64,000 bases of DNA from Chthoniobacterales bacterium (GCA_035630155.1 DASQLH010000344.1:2880-66879); one strand, 5' to 3'. Counted from the stretch's first letter, positions 29,812 through 39,789 are shown. Notes: generated from the letters alone by a model not told the origin. Numbers and translations: made by a program.

Positions 29812-30090
29812 TTAGTGAGTCGAGAGGTAGCTCTTGATGAGGTAGCGCAACGCAACACCGCCCACGCTCACATAAGCGATGTACGTGATGTGTTTCCAAA
29901 GCCACCCAAGGCCACCGTTCAAGCGGTGGTCTTCGAGATCGGCTTGTGCGGCTGCCTCCGCTTTCATTGCCCGGTCGGCGCACAGGGCACAAATCCGACG
30001 CTTTTTTACGGTCTTAACAAAGGCGCTCGCCGTTTCTTGCCCGCAATTTGCGCATATCGCTAGTGCAGGCGCCGATTGGGAAGAACTCAT
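29812..30090 (-). CDS. small zinc-ribbon protein with a C-terminal TM helix, unknown function
   Basis: CANCG...CALCADR (CxxC x2) followed by a hydrophobic helix ITYIAYVSVGGVAL. Confidence 0.5.
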   Translation of the reverse strand: MSSSQSAPALAICANCGQETASAFVKTVKKRRICALCADRAMKAEAAAQADLEDHRLNGGLGWLWKHITYIAYVSVGGVALRYLIKSYLSTH

Positions 30091-30262
30091 TGTTATGGCT
30101 TAAGCAGGGGCAATGCCGCTGAAGGCGGGCTCGACGCTAAGCCCTTAAAGCTTTTCGCGCGGAAGCAACGTCCGATGGTAGAAATCCAAATAGACGGTCG
30201 TCGCACGCATGCAGCCCCCAGTCTAAGCAGGCCATCGGACGCGACGGCGCGCGTCCCTCCAA

Positions 30263-31810
30263 TTAAGTCACATAGACCGTGATCTTGTGAAATCCCGTCG
30301 TCCCTGATTTGAAAGGGCGATCTTCGTCCCACTCCTGCACGGCGCCTTCGCCGTCGGTCGCCCGAACCACGAGGGTGTAATTGTCTGGGCCTGGCGGCCG
30401 CCAATCATAGCTCCAAAGCGTCCATGATAATTTCGTTCCGGGATAATCGAGCTTCGCTTCCTGCCAGTTTCCACCATCGTCAAAACTCACTTCGACGCGC
30501 GAGACGCCGCGATCGCCGCCGAATGCCATGCCGCGCACCGCGATACCGTTGGCGGCCGCTTCGCTGCGGGAGATCGAATAATTGTCCGGCTGATCGAAGC
30601 GCGATCGCGTCGGAACGATGAAGTCCGGGCCCCAGCCTTGTTTTTCGTAGAACCCAATCGCGCTTTCATCGGCGACCTCGATCCGCGTGATCCATTTCAC
30701 GTGTTTTTCGCCGAAGTACCCGGGAACAATTGCCCGGGCCGGAAATCCATGCCGGTTGGGCAACGTTTCACCATTCATCTCGTAGACCACCAGCGTCGTC
30801 GGGTCCATCGCCTTTTCGAGCGGGAAAGTGTCGGTGTAGTTATCGACGCCGTGCAGCCGCACTTTCGCGGCGCCGGGCAACGGTGTGGCCGCGTTCAAGA
30901 GCACATTCATCGGCACGCCTTTCCAAAGAGCATTGCTCATGAGCCCTGCATCGAGACCATTGCTGATGCACATTAACGTCGTCTCCTGCGTGACTGCGGG
31001 GAGCGATTTGAGGCGCTCCAAGCGATAGGTCTGGCGCGTTTTGACCAGACCGGTGACCTCCAACCGCCAGAGCGATGGGTTCACCTGCGGATCAACGACG
31101 TTTTTCGTCACGCAGTAGAATTGGTCATTGGGCGTGATCGGCTGGACGACGCGGCCTTTGTACTGAGTGCCGTCATAGCTGAATGTCGCGATGCCGTAGA
31201 GTCTGCGCAGAAGTTCGTAACCACCTCCGGCAATCAGAATGCCCACGCCGCCTAGAACCAATGCCCGCCGGCCAATCGGCGGACTGAATTCCAGATCGTT
31301 AATCTGCCCGCGCGGACGCGTGAGAAAACGAAAAGCGAACACCAGCGTGCGCTCGAAAATGAAAAATGCGCAGAGCAGACCGAGGAGCGTAACGCCCGTC
31401 GCCCGGTTGATTGGCAGCCCGTAATAATGGGTGCCCAGAACCGGCCACAAGAAAAAGGCGCTCGCTGCAAGCGGAAGAAGAATGAAAAAGGCGCCGGTGA
31501 AAAGATAACCTGGCTCGCGCCAGCGGCGCACCGCGATGCCGTAGACCATTCCTCCCAAACCACCGACTAGGACTTGCCCGACGATCACGGAAGCAACGCC
31601 GAGCTGCTTCATGTTGTTGTAGCCGCCGACTCGGCCCATGAGCGAAAGAAATATCTCCGCCGGAATAAACACCGAGATGCGATCCCCGAGGATGGCGAGC
31701 GGGGTTGCGATGCCGAAGAACCAGGCGAGCAAGAGCATTGCTGCCGTCATGAGCAGGCCCGCAACGAAGCCCGCGAAAAATCCGGCGCCGATGGCTCTCC
31801 CACGGGTCAT
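30263..31810 (-). CDS. molybdopterin-dependent oxidoreductase (sulfite-oxidase fold) with an N-terminal membrane domain
   Basis: The N-terminal ~190 aa hold several TM spans. The catalytic part has the TLMCISNG Cys ligand context, ...FPARAIVPGYFGEKHVKW, and a C-terminal dimerisation-like domain. Confidence 0.8.
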   Translation of the reverse strand: MTRGRAIGAGFFAGFVAGLLMTAAMLLLAWFFGIATPLAILGDRISVFIPAEIFLSLMGRVGGYNNMKQLGVASVIVGQVLVGGLGGMVYGIAVRRWREPGYLFTGAFFILLPLAASAFFLWPVLGTHYYGLPINRATGVTLLGLLCAFFIFERTLVFAFRFLTRPRGQINDLEFSPPIGRRALVLGGVGILIAGGGYELLRRLYGIATFSYDGTQYKGRVVQPITPNDQFYCVTKNVVDPQVNPSLWRLEVTGLVKTRQTYRLERLKSLPAVTQETTLMCISNGLDAGLMSNALWKGVPMNVLLNAATPLPGAAKVRLHGVDNYTDTFPLEKAMDPTTLVVYEMNGETLPNRHGFPARAIVPGYFGEKHVKWITRIEVADESAIGFYEKQGWGPDFIVPTRSRFDQPDNYSISRSEAAANGIAVRGMAFGGDRGVSRVEVSFDDGGNWQEAKLDYPGTKLSWTLWSYDWRPPGPDNYTLVVRATDGEGAVQEWDEDRPFKSGTTGFHKITVYVT

Positions 31811-31893
31811 CTCGCGAGACTACAGCGCCAACCGCCGGACTGAATACAAATTTAGCCCAGCGCTCCATCGCCACTCTGCATTATGCTAATCGG

Positions 31894-32547
31894 ATGCCAG
31901 TAACGAGGATTGCCTTCTCCCTGTTTGTTGGCGTTCTGCTTGGCTGGAACGAGCTCGTCCACGCACAGCGACCGACGAGCGAACCCTATAAAGGCGATCT
32001 CGCCATTTTCGAAGGCCCTGAGCGCGCGCAGAAACTCCAGGTCGATCGCGTGATGGATTTGCTCGGCATCAAACGCGGCTCGCACGTCGCCGATATCGGC
32101 GCGGGTTCGGGCTGGTTCACCGTGCGCAGCGCGCGGAGAGTTGGGACCGACGGCAGCGTTTACGCGGTCGAGATCAATCCGGAATATCTCCGCCACATCA
32201 AACGGCGGGCGAAACGGGAGAAGCTTTCGAATATTCGAACCGTGCTCGGAAAACCGGATGATCCAATGCTGCCGCGAAGCAGCGTCGATGCGGTCCTCCT
32301 CCTCAAGACCTATCACGAAATTGCGCAGCCGATCGCGTTCCTGCGCCGGTTGCGTCCCGCGCTGCGTTCCGGCGCGCGGCTCGGAATTATCGACAAGAGC
32401 GGAAAGGGCGACGATCACGGAGTGAACGCGGACGTGGCCATCAAAGAAGCCGCGCAGGCAGGACTCGCGCTGGTCGCGCGACACGACTTCGTGAAAAGCG
32501 ACAGCGTGGATTATTTCCTCATTTTCACTTTGCGAGGAGCAGAGTAA
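31894..32547 (+). CDS. class I SAM-dependent methyltransferase with an N-terminal signal/anchor sequence
   Basis: Hydrophobic N-terminus IAFSLFVGVLLGW and motif I VADIGAGSGWFTV. Confidence 0.75.
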   Translation: MPVTRIAFSLFVGVLLGWNELVHAQRPTSEPYKGDLAIFEGPERAQKLQVDRVMDLLGIKRGSHVADIGAGSGWFTVRSARRVGTDGSVYAVEINPEYLRHIKRRAKREKLSNIRTVLGKPDDPMLPRSSVDAVLLLKTYHEIAQPIAFLRRLRPALRSGARLGIIDKSGKGDDHGVNADVAIKEAAQAGLALVARHDFVKSDSVDYFLIFTLRGAE

Positions 32548-32579
32548 ATCCCGCCGGCCTGAGGGCGGGCCGGCTCCAG

Positions 32580-33272
32580 TTAGCTGCGCTCGGCAGCGAC
32601 GCGAAAAAGAGTCGCGATGATCCGCGTGCCGGCGACGAATGTTCCGCGCAGCGTTCCCGACACTTTTGATTCACCACCCGTCCGGCAGCGATGATCGACC
32701 GGGATCTCCAGCGTGCGCAAGCCGGCCCGCGGCGCGCGCATCTGCATCTCGAGGTTCCAGCCGTAGGTGGCTTCCTTCATCCCCAGTTTTTCCAGCGCAC
32801 CCCGCCGGATGGCGCGAAACGGACACATATCGGAATAACGAACGCCGTAGAGCAATCGAAGAAGCACGCCCGCAATTCGGCCGGCGAAAACCTGTTGGAA
32901 ATTCATGCTGCCTCGCTCGCGCTTTCCACGCGTGCGCGAGCCGATCACGAAATCTTGTTCGTTCCGAATGATCGGTTGGACCAGTTGCCCCATGAACTCC
33001 GGGCAATCGCTCCCATCGCCATCGAGAAAGACGACAATTTCGCAATTTGCGGACAGCGCACGAATCCCCGCGGCACAGGCGCGGCCATAACCGGGTGTCG
33101 GCTCTGGCGCGACTTTCGCACCCGCCGCTCGCGCGTGTTCGGCTGTGCGATCCGTGCTGCCGTTATCAACCACAATGACTTCGCCTGGCAATCCGGTCGC
33201 CAGGCAATCGCGCACCACAGCCGCGATCGGCTCTTCTTCATTCAAAGCTGGAATGATCACCGAAATCTTCAT
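32580..33272 (-). CDS. glycosyltransferase family 2
   Basis: MKISVIIPALNEEEPI...VIVVDNGSTDRT...FLDGDGSD. Confidence 0.85.
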   Translation of the reverse strand: MKISVIIPALNEEEPIAAVVRDCLATGLPGEVIVVDNGSTDRTAEHARAAGAKVAPEPTPGYGRACAAGIRALSANCEIVVFLDGDGSDCPEFMGQLVQPIIRNEQDFVIGSRTRGKRERGSMNFQQVFAGRIAGVLLRLLYGVRYSDMCPFRAIRRGALEKLGMKEATYGWNLEMQMRAPRAGLRTLEIPVDHRCRTGGESKVSGTLRGTFVAGTRIIATLFRVAAERS

Positions 33273-34285
33273 CCCAGGACCAGCCAGGCCAGCGTGAAAT
33301 AAAAGGCGAGCGCGAAGAAATCTGTGACGGCGAGAGTGACCGGGCCGGCTGCGATTTTCGGATCAAGCTTCAGCCAATGCAGCAACGACGGAACACTAAA
33401 GCCGAACAGGCAGGCCGTCACCAGAGACACGGTAATGGTGCAACCGACAACCAGCGCCCCGTCCACGTCCTGGCGCCAGATCCAGACGATCGCGCCGACC
33501 AGAACTCCGCACGCGGTCCCGAGCAGCAGCGCGGTCACAATTTCACGGCGGAAATTATGGAGAAACCAGGCGCGTGTCAGCGTGTTCACCCGCAACGCCT
33601 GGATCGTGAGCGTCATCGATTGCATGCTCACGCTTTCGTTCAGGCCGAGCACCATGGTGAGGAAAAAAGCGATCACCAGGCTGTTGGCGAGGGTGGCTTC
33701 GAAGGCGCCGGCGAGCAGAGCGCAAACGGTGCCGGCTGCGACGGTCGCGAGCAGCCAGGGGAACCGGTAGCGAAAAACTCGCCAGGGCGACGCGCCGCGG
33801 ACTTGGGCGATGCGAAAGCCGAGCACTTCGAAAACATCGTCCGCAAGATTCGCCACGGCGGGGCGCGGCGCCTCCCTTTTGCCGGCCTCCAGCATTTCTT
33901 CGGCAAACAAGCTGACATCAACGACGCCGACAACGCGGTGCCCCCGATCGACGACTGGAAAGGCGAAGAACTTGTAGAGAACAAAAAATTCGCACGCTTC
34001 GAGCACCGTAGCGGTTGCCGGAATCGCAATGACCCGGCGCACCATGATTTCCTCCAGCCGCGTCTCGAGCGGCGCCGTAAGCAAGCGGCGTGTCGGCAAA
34101 ACACCGACGAGACGTTCCTCGGGATCGACCGCGAAAAAATAGATGACGCGTTCGCCCACGCCTTCGCGGCGGATCTGGTCGAGCGCGTCCGCGACACTCA
34201 TTTCGGCATCGAGCAGCGGGAAATCCTTGCGTGCGTGCTCGACGACCGAAGAATTGAAATCGGGGATCTTAACGGCCTCGCTCAC
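33269..34285 (-). CDS. MgtE-like divalent-cation transporter (CBS pair plus MgtE membrane domain, no N-domain)
   Basis: A CBS-like region is followed by FRYRFPWLLATVAAG... and five TM spans typical of the MgtE C-terminal domain. At 338 aa it is shorter than canonical MgtE. Confidence 0.7.
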   Translation of the reverse strand: MSEAVKIPDFNSSVVEHARKDFPLLDAEMSVADALDQIRREGVGERVIYFFAVDPEERLVGVLPTRRLLTAPLETRLEEIMVRRVIAIPATATVLEACEFFVLYKFFAFPVVDRGHRVVGVVDVSLFAEEMLEAGKREAPRPAVANLADDVFEVLGFRIAQVRGASPWRVFRYRFPWLLATVAAGTVCALLAGAFEATLANSLVIAFFLTMVLGLNESVSMQSMTLTIQALRVNTLTRAWFLHNFRREIVTALLLGTACGVLVGAIVWIWRQDVDGALVVGCTITVSLVTACLFGFSVPSLLHWLKLDPKIAAGPVTLAVTDFFALAFYFTLAWLVLG

Positions 34286-35417
34286 CGCTCGACTTTACGC
34301 GATGAACGATCCCTTTGCTGCGGAGAACATCCGCGGCCTCGCTAAAATAATCGCGCACGTCCGCCTGCTGTCGGATCCAATCGAGATAGCGGCCGATTCC
34401 GGTTGCGAGATCGACTTGGGGCGCGTAACCAGCCGCGCGGATACGCTCCGTGCCGCTGGTGAGATGCCGCATTTCACCGGGACGAAATTCACCCTTCGCT
34501 TCGGGCGCGATCTGAATGCCGAGCGCGTCGGAAATTTGCTCCGCCACTTTCCGAATACTGACGCCTTCGCCGCTGCCGACATTGACGGGCAGGCCATCGA
34601 GCTTGTCGCTTTCGGCCACGAGCAAATTCGCGCGCGCGATATCTTCGACGAAGGAGAAGTCGCGCGTCTGTTCCCCATCTTCATAGAGGACCGGCGGGAG
34701 ATCGTTGAGAAGCCGGGTGCAAAAAATCGCGATGACGCCAGTGTAGGGGTTGAAGATCGATTGGCGGGGACCGTAGGTGCACGAGTAGCGCAACGCGACG
34801 GTCGGAATGCCGATCTGTTTGCCCCAAAGCAACACGAGTTTTTCCTGATCGACTTTGGTGAGGCCATAAACGGTTTCGCCGCCGACCGGCGCGCGCTCGG
34901 GAGTCGGCGCGCTTTCCGTGACCGCCTCGCAGATGGGACAATGCACGGCCCAATCGCCGGCTTGCAGTTGTTCGACCGGGCGAACGTCGGGAAAAACGAG
35001 CCCGTGCTCCGGACAGGTCGCGGCGCCTTCGCTGTAAACCGCCTGTGAAGAAGCGACGACGATTTTCTTAATCGGCAGATTTTGTTCGCGAATGATCTCC
35101 AGCATTTGCGCGGTGCCGAAGCTGTTCACGTAAACGTATTTCGCAATCTCGGGCATGTAACCGCCGTAGGCCGCCTGGTGAAAGACAACGTCGATGTCTT
35201 GCAGCGCGGAGCTGATGGTCTGCCGGTCGGCGACGTCGCCCTCGATGAACTCGGTGTCGTCTCTGATCCAGGCCGGCTTGCCTTTGCGATGCGTCTGCGG
35301 CTCAAGGTTATCGAGGATGCGAACGCTCCATCCTTCGCGCTGCAATAAATCGGCGACATGCGAGCCAATCAGCCCGGCCCCGCCGGTAACCAGAGCGCGT
35401 TTCTGATGCGAACTCAT
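34269..35417 (-). CDS. NAD-dependent epimerase/dehydratase (extended SDR) with an inserted Cys/His zinc-ribbon-like segment
   Basis: ALVTGGAGLIGSHV and YGLTK (YxxxK). A ~45-aa insert, CPEH...HCPIC, lies between the catalytic Ser region and the YxxxK. Confidence 0.85.
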   Translation of the reverse strand: MSSHQKRALVTGGAGLIGSHVADLLQREGWSVRILDNLEPQTHRKGKPAWIRDDTEFIEGDVADRQTISSALQDIDVVFHQAAYGGYMPEIAKYVYVNSFGTAQMLEIIREQNLPIKKIVVASSQAVYSEGAATCPEHGLVFPDVRPVEQLQAGDWAVHCPICEAVTESAPTPERAPVGGETVYGLTKVDQEKLVLLWGKQIGIPTVALRYSCTYGPRQSIFNPYTGVIAIFCTRLLNDLPPVLYEDGEQTRDFSFVEDIARANLLVAESDKLDGLPVNVGSGEGVSIRKVAEQISDALGIQIAPEAKGEFRPGEMRHLTSGTERIRAAGYAPQVDLATGIGRYLDWIRQQADVRDYFSEAADVLRSKGIVHRVKSSGERGR

Positions 35418-36241
35418 GGTTGTGACTTGTCGGGCCAGATGCGCTGCCGGCCTTCGCGTCGCAAGAGCTCGTCCAGGAACTGGCGGGTCGCGGGCGCAGG
35501 ATAACCGGCGCTTGCGCTACCATTCGCGCCGAAGAATTCCTGACAAAGACGATTGAGCGTGGCGCGATCGTCCACGTCATACCAGGTTGGCAGGAGGTGC
35601 ACCGGGAGATGGATCTCTCGAGCACGCTGAACGGTTTGTTCGAGAACGCGGTCGGTGCTCCAATCGATGCCTTCGAAAAGCTGCCGGTGGAGTTTCTTTA
35701 AGCCGATCAAATAATATCCACCGTCATCGGAAGGCCCAAGCACCACCGAATCGTTTTCATCGGATAAAAGTCTGACTGCTTCGGCGAACGCCTTTTGCGG
35801 GACGGTTGGGCTGTCCGAATCAATCAGACACAGCGAATCAAACCCGAGCTGGAGAAGATCTTCGGTGGCGCAAACCAGTCTTTTGCCAAACGCGTCGCCC
35901 CGTTGCGGCACAAGCTCGAATTCGTCGGGCAATATCCCAACGTAAGCTGCTTCCGCCCCGACCGGCGTGTAAACGGCAATGCCCCGCGCGGTTCCCTGCT
36001 CCGCTGTTTTCATGATCGCCGCGGCGGTGTCGCGCAGGAAACAAGTGTTGAGCGCCGCCGCTTCCTCGGACGAGAGCGGAGGCGTCAGCCGGGTCTTAAC
36101 CTTTCCGGCCTGCGGCGCCTTCGTCATGACCGCAAGAGCACAGAGGCCCGCGGGAATTTGGCCGGAGACACCGGGATCGAGGACGCGATAAACAGCCTTC
36201 ATGCCGGCGTGCTCTCTGCGTTTGAACGCAGCGCGGGTCAA
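35414..36241 (-). CDS. DUF2064 (TIGR04282-like) nucleotidyl/glycosyl-transferase-fold protein
   Basis: Family hallmark AVMTKAPQAGKVKTRLTPPLSSEEAAALNTCFLRDT. The TTG at 36241 overlaps the upstream stop; an alternative ATG lies at 36202. Confidence 0.8.
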   Translation of the reverse strand: MTRAAFKRREHAGMKAVYRVLDPGVSGQIPAGLCALAVMTKAPQAGKVKTRLTPPLSSEEAAALNTCFLRDTAAAIMKTAEQGTARGIAVYTPVGAEAAYVGILPDEFELVPQRGDAFGKRLVCATEDLLQLGFDSLCLIDSDSPTVPQKAFAEAVRLLSDENDSVVLGPSDDGGYYLIGLKKLHRQLFEGIDWSTDRVLEQTVQRAREIHLPVHLLPTWYDVDDRATLNRLCQEFFGANGSASAGYPAPATRQFLDELLRREGRQRIWPDKSQP

Positions 36242-37002
36242 CCCTTTTCACAGAGGGCGTATTGATATCGCCCGTCCGTCCACGTCTCCATCTTCCGCCA
36301 GGGCTGCGAAGCGAAGAGCCGATTCATTTCGCGGAGCGAGAGCACTTTCGCCCGGCTCGGCTCGCGGTAGCCGTTCTTGAAATTCGTGAGTCCCGCCAGC
36401 ACCCACATGGTGAAAAGCGGAATCGAGGCCCAGAACGCGTACCGCGGTTCGGCGATGAAACAACGTCCCCCAGGGCGCAGCACCCGAAACATCTCCGCGA
36501 CCGCACGCCGACGATTTGGCAAGACGGTGAAAAGGCGCGACGCAATCATCACGTCGAAGCTCCCGGCGGGGTGCGAAAGCTCGAGGACGTTGTCGCTTCG
36601 GAAACGGCAATGGTTGAGGCCGAGCTCGTTTCTTTTTTCCCGGGCCCACTTCAACTGGCTGGGCGACTGATCTATTCCGATCACCGATATCTCGCGAAAG
36701 CGTTCCGCTAAGTTACAGGAATAGAATCCGGGCCCACAGCCAAGCTCGATGACTTTCTCGCCGGCCGCCGGCTTTCCATTTGGCCAAAGCGCACGGATCA
36801 TCCGCTCGGTGTCGTCACGGAAAAGCTTTTCGCGGCAGAAGATATAGAGCCAGGCGAAACGCTCGAACAAGCTGTCTTCCGCGGTGTCGTCGAGTTCGTC
36901 GCCCACCACGGGCCTGAGCGGGTCCACGGTTGCGGCTTGCGCCAGAGGGAAAATGGGCGGTTCCGCGAGCGAAGAGGGACTGGATGGGAGAGTTTTTAAC
37001 AC
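36238..37002 (-). CDS. class I SAM-dependent methyltransferase
   Basis: Motif I VIELGCGPGFYSCNLA and a later LRPGGRCFI. Confidence 0.8.
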   Translation of the reverse strand: MLKTLPSSPSSLAEPPIFPLAQAATVDPLRPVVGDELDDTAEDSLFERFAWLYIFCREKLFRDDTERMIRALWPNGKPAAGEKVIELGCGPGFYSCNLAERFREISVIGIDQSPSQLKWAREKRNELGLNHCRFRSDNVLELSHPAGSFDVMIASRLFTVLPNRRRAVAEMFRVLRPGGRCFIAEPRYAFWASIPLFTMWVLAGLTNFKNGYREPSRAKVLSLREMNRLFASQPWRKMETWTDGRYQYALCEKG

Positions 37003-37225
37003 CTTCTTTAAGAATTATTTTTGAATCACGAAACAGTTCTTAATCTTATCGTCGCGAACAACTCGTTTGGACTCGCCCTTCCACCTCTCACCGCGCACGA
37101 CTGGCGTCCTGTTGATAACACCGCACGCCAGAACCGACAAGCGAAGGGCGAAAAGGCAGACGCAACAACCCGGGTCTTATTCGAACTTGTTGGCTTCTTG
37201 TTGAGCGATCGTTTAACAACGCGAA

Positions 37226-38047
37226 ATGAAGTGGACGAAAGCGGTGATTCTCGGGCTCCTGGTCCTGGCCACGGCCGCCGTGCGCGCAGCCGAACCGACG
37301 CTGCTCGAGATCCAAAAGATTCTCGAAAGCAAGAGGTTCGTGGATTTGACGCACGCGTTCGAGCCAGGGATCCCACGGTGGAAGGGGTTCCCGGACGAAA
37401 AGAGAGAGACGGCGTATTGGTATGAAAAGGGACGTGGATCACTCGGCACAGGATTTTTCACGGAGATTTTTACCCATGTCGGGCAATGGGGAACGCACGT
37501 CGATCCGCCGGCGCATTTCATTCGCGGGTTGCGGACTGTCGATCAAATTACCCTAAAGGAAATGATCCTGCCGCTGGTGGTTATCGACGTTCATGACGAG
37601 GCGGCGAAAAATCCCGATTACACGTTGAGCCTCGAACGCGTCAAGAAATGGGAAGCGGATCACGGGCGCATCCCGCAGGGCGCTTTCGTGGCCATGAGGA
37701 CGGACTGGTCCAAGCGGTGGCCGGACGCCGCGGCGATGGAAAACAAGGACGCAGCGGGCGTTTCCCATTATCCCGGCTGGAGCATGCCGGCGCTAAAGTA
37801 TCTCTACGAAGAATGCAAAATCACCGCCTCAGGCCATGAGACGACGGACACTGATCCAGGAATCGCCACGTCCAAAGAGGATTACTCCCTCGAAACTTAC
37901 ATTCTTAAAACCAATCATTACCAAATCGAGTTGCTGACCAATCTCGATCAGGTCCCGGAAAGTGGCGCCCTGATCGTCGCGACGTTCCCGAAGCCAAAAG
38001 GAGGTTCGGGTTTTCCGGCGCGCGTTTTTGCGATCTGCCCGCCGTAG
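37226..38047 (+). CDS. cyclase-family protein (kynurenine-formamidase-like fold), secreted
   Basis: Signal peptide AVILGLLVLATAAVRA and the metal-binding signature HVGQWGTHVDPPAHF. Confidence 0.8.
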   Translation: MKWTKAVILGLLVLATAAVRAAEPTLLEIQKILESKRFVDLTHAFEPGIPRWKGFPDEKRETAYWYEKGRGSLGTGFFTEIFTHVGQWGTHVDPPAHFIRGLRTVDQITLKEMILPLVVIDVHDEAAKNPDYTLSLERVKKWEADHGRIPQGAFVAMRTDWSKRWPDAAAMENKDAAGVSHYPGWSMPALKYLYEECKITASGHETTDTDPGIATSKEDYSLETYILKTNHYQIELLTNLDQVPESGALIVATFPKPKGGSGFPARVFAICPP

Positions 38048-38059
38048 GAGGAGCATGCA

Positions 38060-38929
38060 ATGGACTTGCTGGGCGAACTCGAAACGCGAGTCGTCTGCGG
38101 CGATGGCGCGATGGGGACGCTGTTGCTGAATGCCGGCGCGCTGATCGAACGCTGCCTCGAGGAGCTTAGTGTCTCCGAACCGGAACGCATTCGAAACATC
38201 CATGAGGAATACATCGCGGCGGGCTCGCGTGTCATCACGACGAACACTTTTGGGGCGAACGCGGTGCGCCTTGGCCGGTTCGGCATGGAGAAGCGCGTTT
38301 GCGAGATCAATCGGGCGGCGGTCGCAGTAGCGAAGGGCGCCGCAGGCGGGCGAGAGATCTTCATCGCCGGGAACGTCGGACCGCTGGGCATTACGGCGGA
38401 TGAAGCAGACGCGGGAGGAATTGATCGGGCGTCGTGTTTCCGCGAACAAATAACGGTCTTGGCGGATGGCGGGGTTGACGTGATTTTTTTTGAGACGTTC
38501 ACGCAACTCGACGAGATGGAGATTGCATTACAGGCAAAGAACGCGGTGAGCGATCTGCCAGAGATCTGCTGCTTCGCGTGCGGAGCCGATGGACGGTTGC
38601 GTTGCAGGACAATGTTGGCCGAAGCATTTACGAGGCTGCGCGATATGGGCGCGAAAATTATCGGCGTGAATTGCCTGAACGATCCGAGAAAAATGGCGGA
38701 GCTACTGCAGCACGTTACGGTTGAAGGTCCGCTCGCCGTTTATCCCACGGCCGGAAACCCCATGCCCAAAGAGGGCCGTCTTGCCTACGAGGTAACTCCG
38801 GAATCGTTCGCGGCCGATGCGCGCGACCTCGTGGCGAAGGGCGCCCGCCTGATCGGTGGTTGTTGCGGGACGACCCCGGCCCACATAGCCGCGCTTTCCA
38901 GGATGATCCGGGATCTCGAGCGGTCTTAA
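38060..38929 (+). CDS. homocysteine S-methyltransferase-domain protein
   Basis: GDGAMGTLL at the N-terminus, the NTFGAN motif, and zinc-ligand context GVNCL ... GGCCGTTPAHI. Confidence 0.85.
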   Translation: MDLLGELETRVVCGDGAMGTLLLNAGALIERCLEELSVSEPERIRNIHEEYIAAGSRVITTNTFGANAVRLGRFGMEKRVCEINRAAVAVAKGAAGGREIFIAGNVGPLGITADEADAGGIDRASCFREQITVLADGGVDVIFFETFTQLDEMEIALQAKNAVSDLPEICCFACGADGRLRCRTMLAEAFTRLRDMGAKIIGVNCLNDPRKMAELLQHVTVEGPLAVYPTAGNPMPKEGRLAYEVTPESFAADARDLVAKGARLIGGCCGTTPAHIAALSRMIRDLERS

Positions 38930-39003
38930 TCGCGGCGCTCGCTCCCGGCGAAAGCTCTTGCGGGGTATTTGCGCCGCAGGTTTGCCGCGATGAATGTTGC
39001 GCA

Positions 39004-39789
39004 ATGGTCCACATCCGGCGCGCAATCATTATTCAGCTTGCTGGCCTGATCCTGGTCGCCGTCTCGTTATTTTTTCTCAGCCGCGCCTTTCCGCTGGTCG
39101 ATATCATCGCGGATATTCAACAGCGCGTCATGAGGTGGGGCGCGTGGAGTGCGATTTGGTATCCGCTGCTTTATGCGTGTTGCAATGTGCTTCTTCTGCC
39201 GGGCGGGGTGTTGAGTGTGGGCGCGGGGTTTTTCTTTGGGCTTTGGTGGGGTTTCCTGATCGCGCTGGTGGGCAACGTGGGAGGCGCGGCGATTTCGTTC
39301 TTCATCAGCCGGTGGATCGGCCGGGCATGGCTGAAAAGGAAATTGATGAGGAACCAGACGCTGGTTGCGTTGGAGCCCGCCGTCGAGCGGGAGGGATGGA
39401 AGATCATTTTGCTCAGCCAGCTGCACCCGCTTTTTCCCACGAGTCTGCTCAACTATCTCTACGGGCTGACCCGGATCCGCTTTCGGACCTGCATGCTTTG
39501 GGTGGCGATCGGACAGGCGCCGGGGCTCTTCCTTTATTGTTACTTGGGAACGCTGGGGCAGCTCGGGTTAAACCTGGCGCGAGGCAAGAGTCATCCGGCG
39601 GCGATCGAATACTGGATTTGGTTAGGCGGTTTTGCGAGTGCGGCGATTATACTTATCCTGTTGGGAAGGATAGCCTTACGGTTGCTAAAACAGGCCGAAA
39701 TAGATGCGGCGGCGGATGTTTCCATGGCCGACGAGAGTCCTAAGCTCGCGACGAGGGAAGCCGGCCAGTTGGCAGCCCAAGAAAAATGA
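39004..39789 (+). CDS. TVP38/TMEM64 (DedA-related) family membrane protein
   Basis: The ATG at 39004 gives MVHIRRAIIIQLAGLILVAV. LLPGGVLSVGAGFFFG...ISFFISRWIG is typical of the family. The longer upstream extension and the alternative-frame ORF 38994..39743 are rejected. Confidence 0.8.
   Translation: MVHIRRAIIIQLAGLILVAVSLFFLSRAFPLVDIIADIQQRVMRWGAWSAIWYPLLYACCNVLLLPGGVLSVGAGFFFGLWWGFLIALVGNVGGAAISFFISRWIGRAWLKRKLMRNQTLVALEPAVEREGWKIILLSQLHPLFPTSLLNYLYGLTRIRFRTCMLWVAIGQAPGLFLYCYLGTLGQLGLNLARGKSHPAAIEYWIWLGGFASAAIILILLGRIALRLLKQAEIDAAADVSMADESPKLATREAGQLAAQEK

Noticed and set aside
33377-35048. Plus-strand ORFs 33377..34345 (322 aa) and 34143..35048 (301 aa)
   Set aside because: They are antisense to the MgtE-like and SDR genes, which carry clear family motifs. 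They are typical long shadow ORFs of GC-rich DNA.
38994-39743. 249-aa alternative-frame ORF overlapping the TVP38-family gene
   Set aside because: The frame starting at 39004 yields a coherent multi-TM TVP38/DedA-like protein. The alternative frame is Arg/Gly-rich with no motifs.
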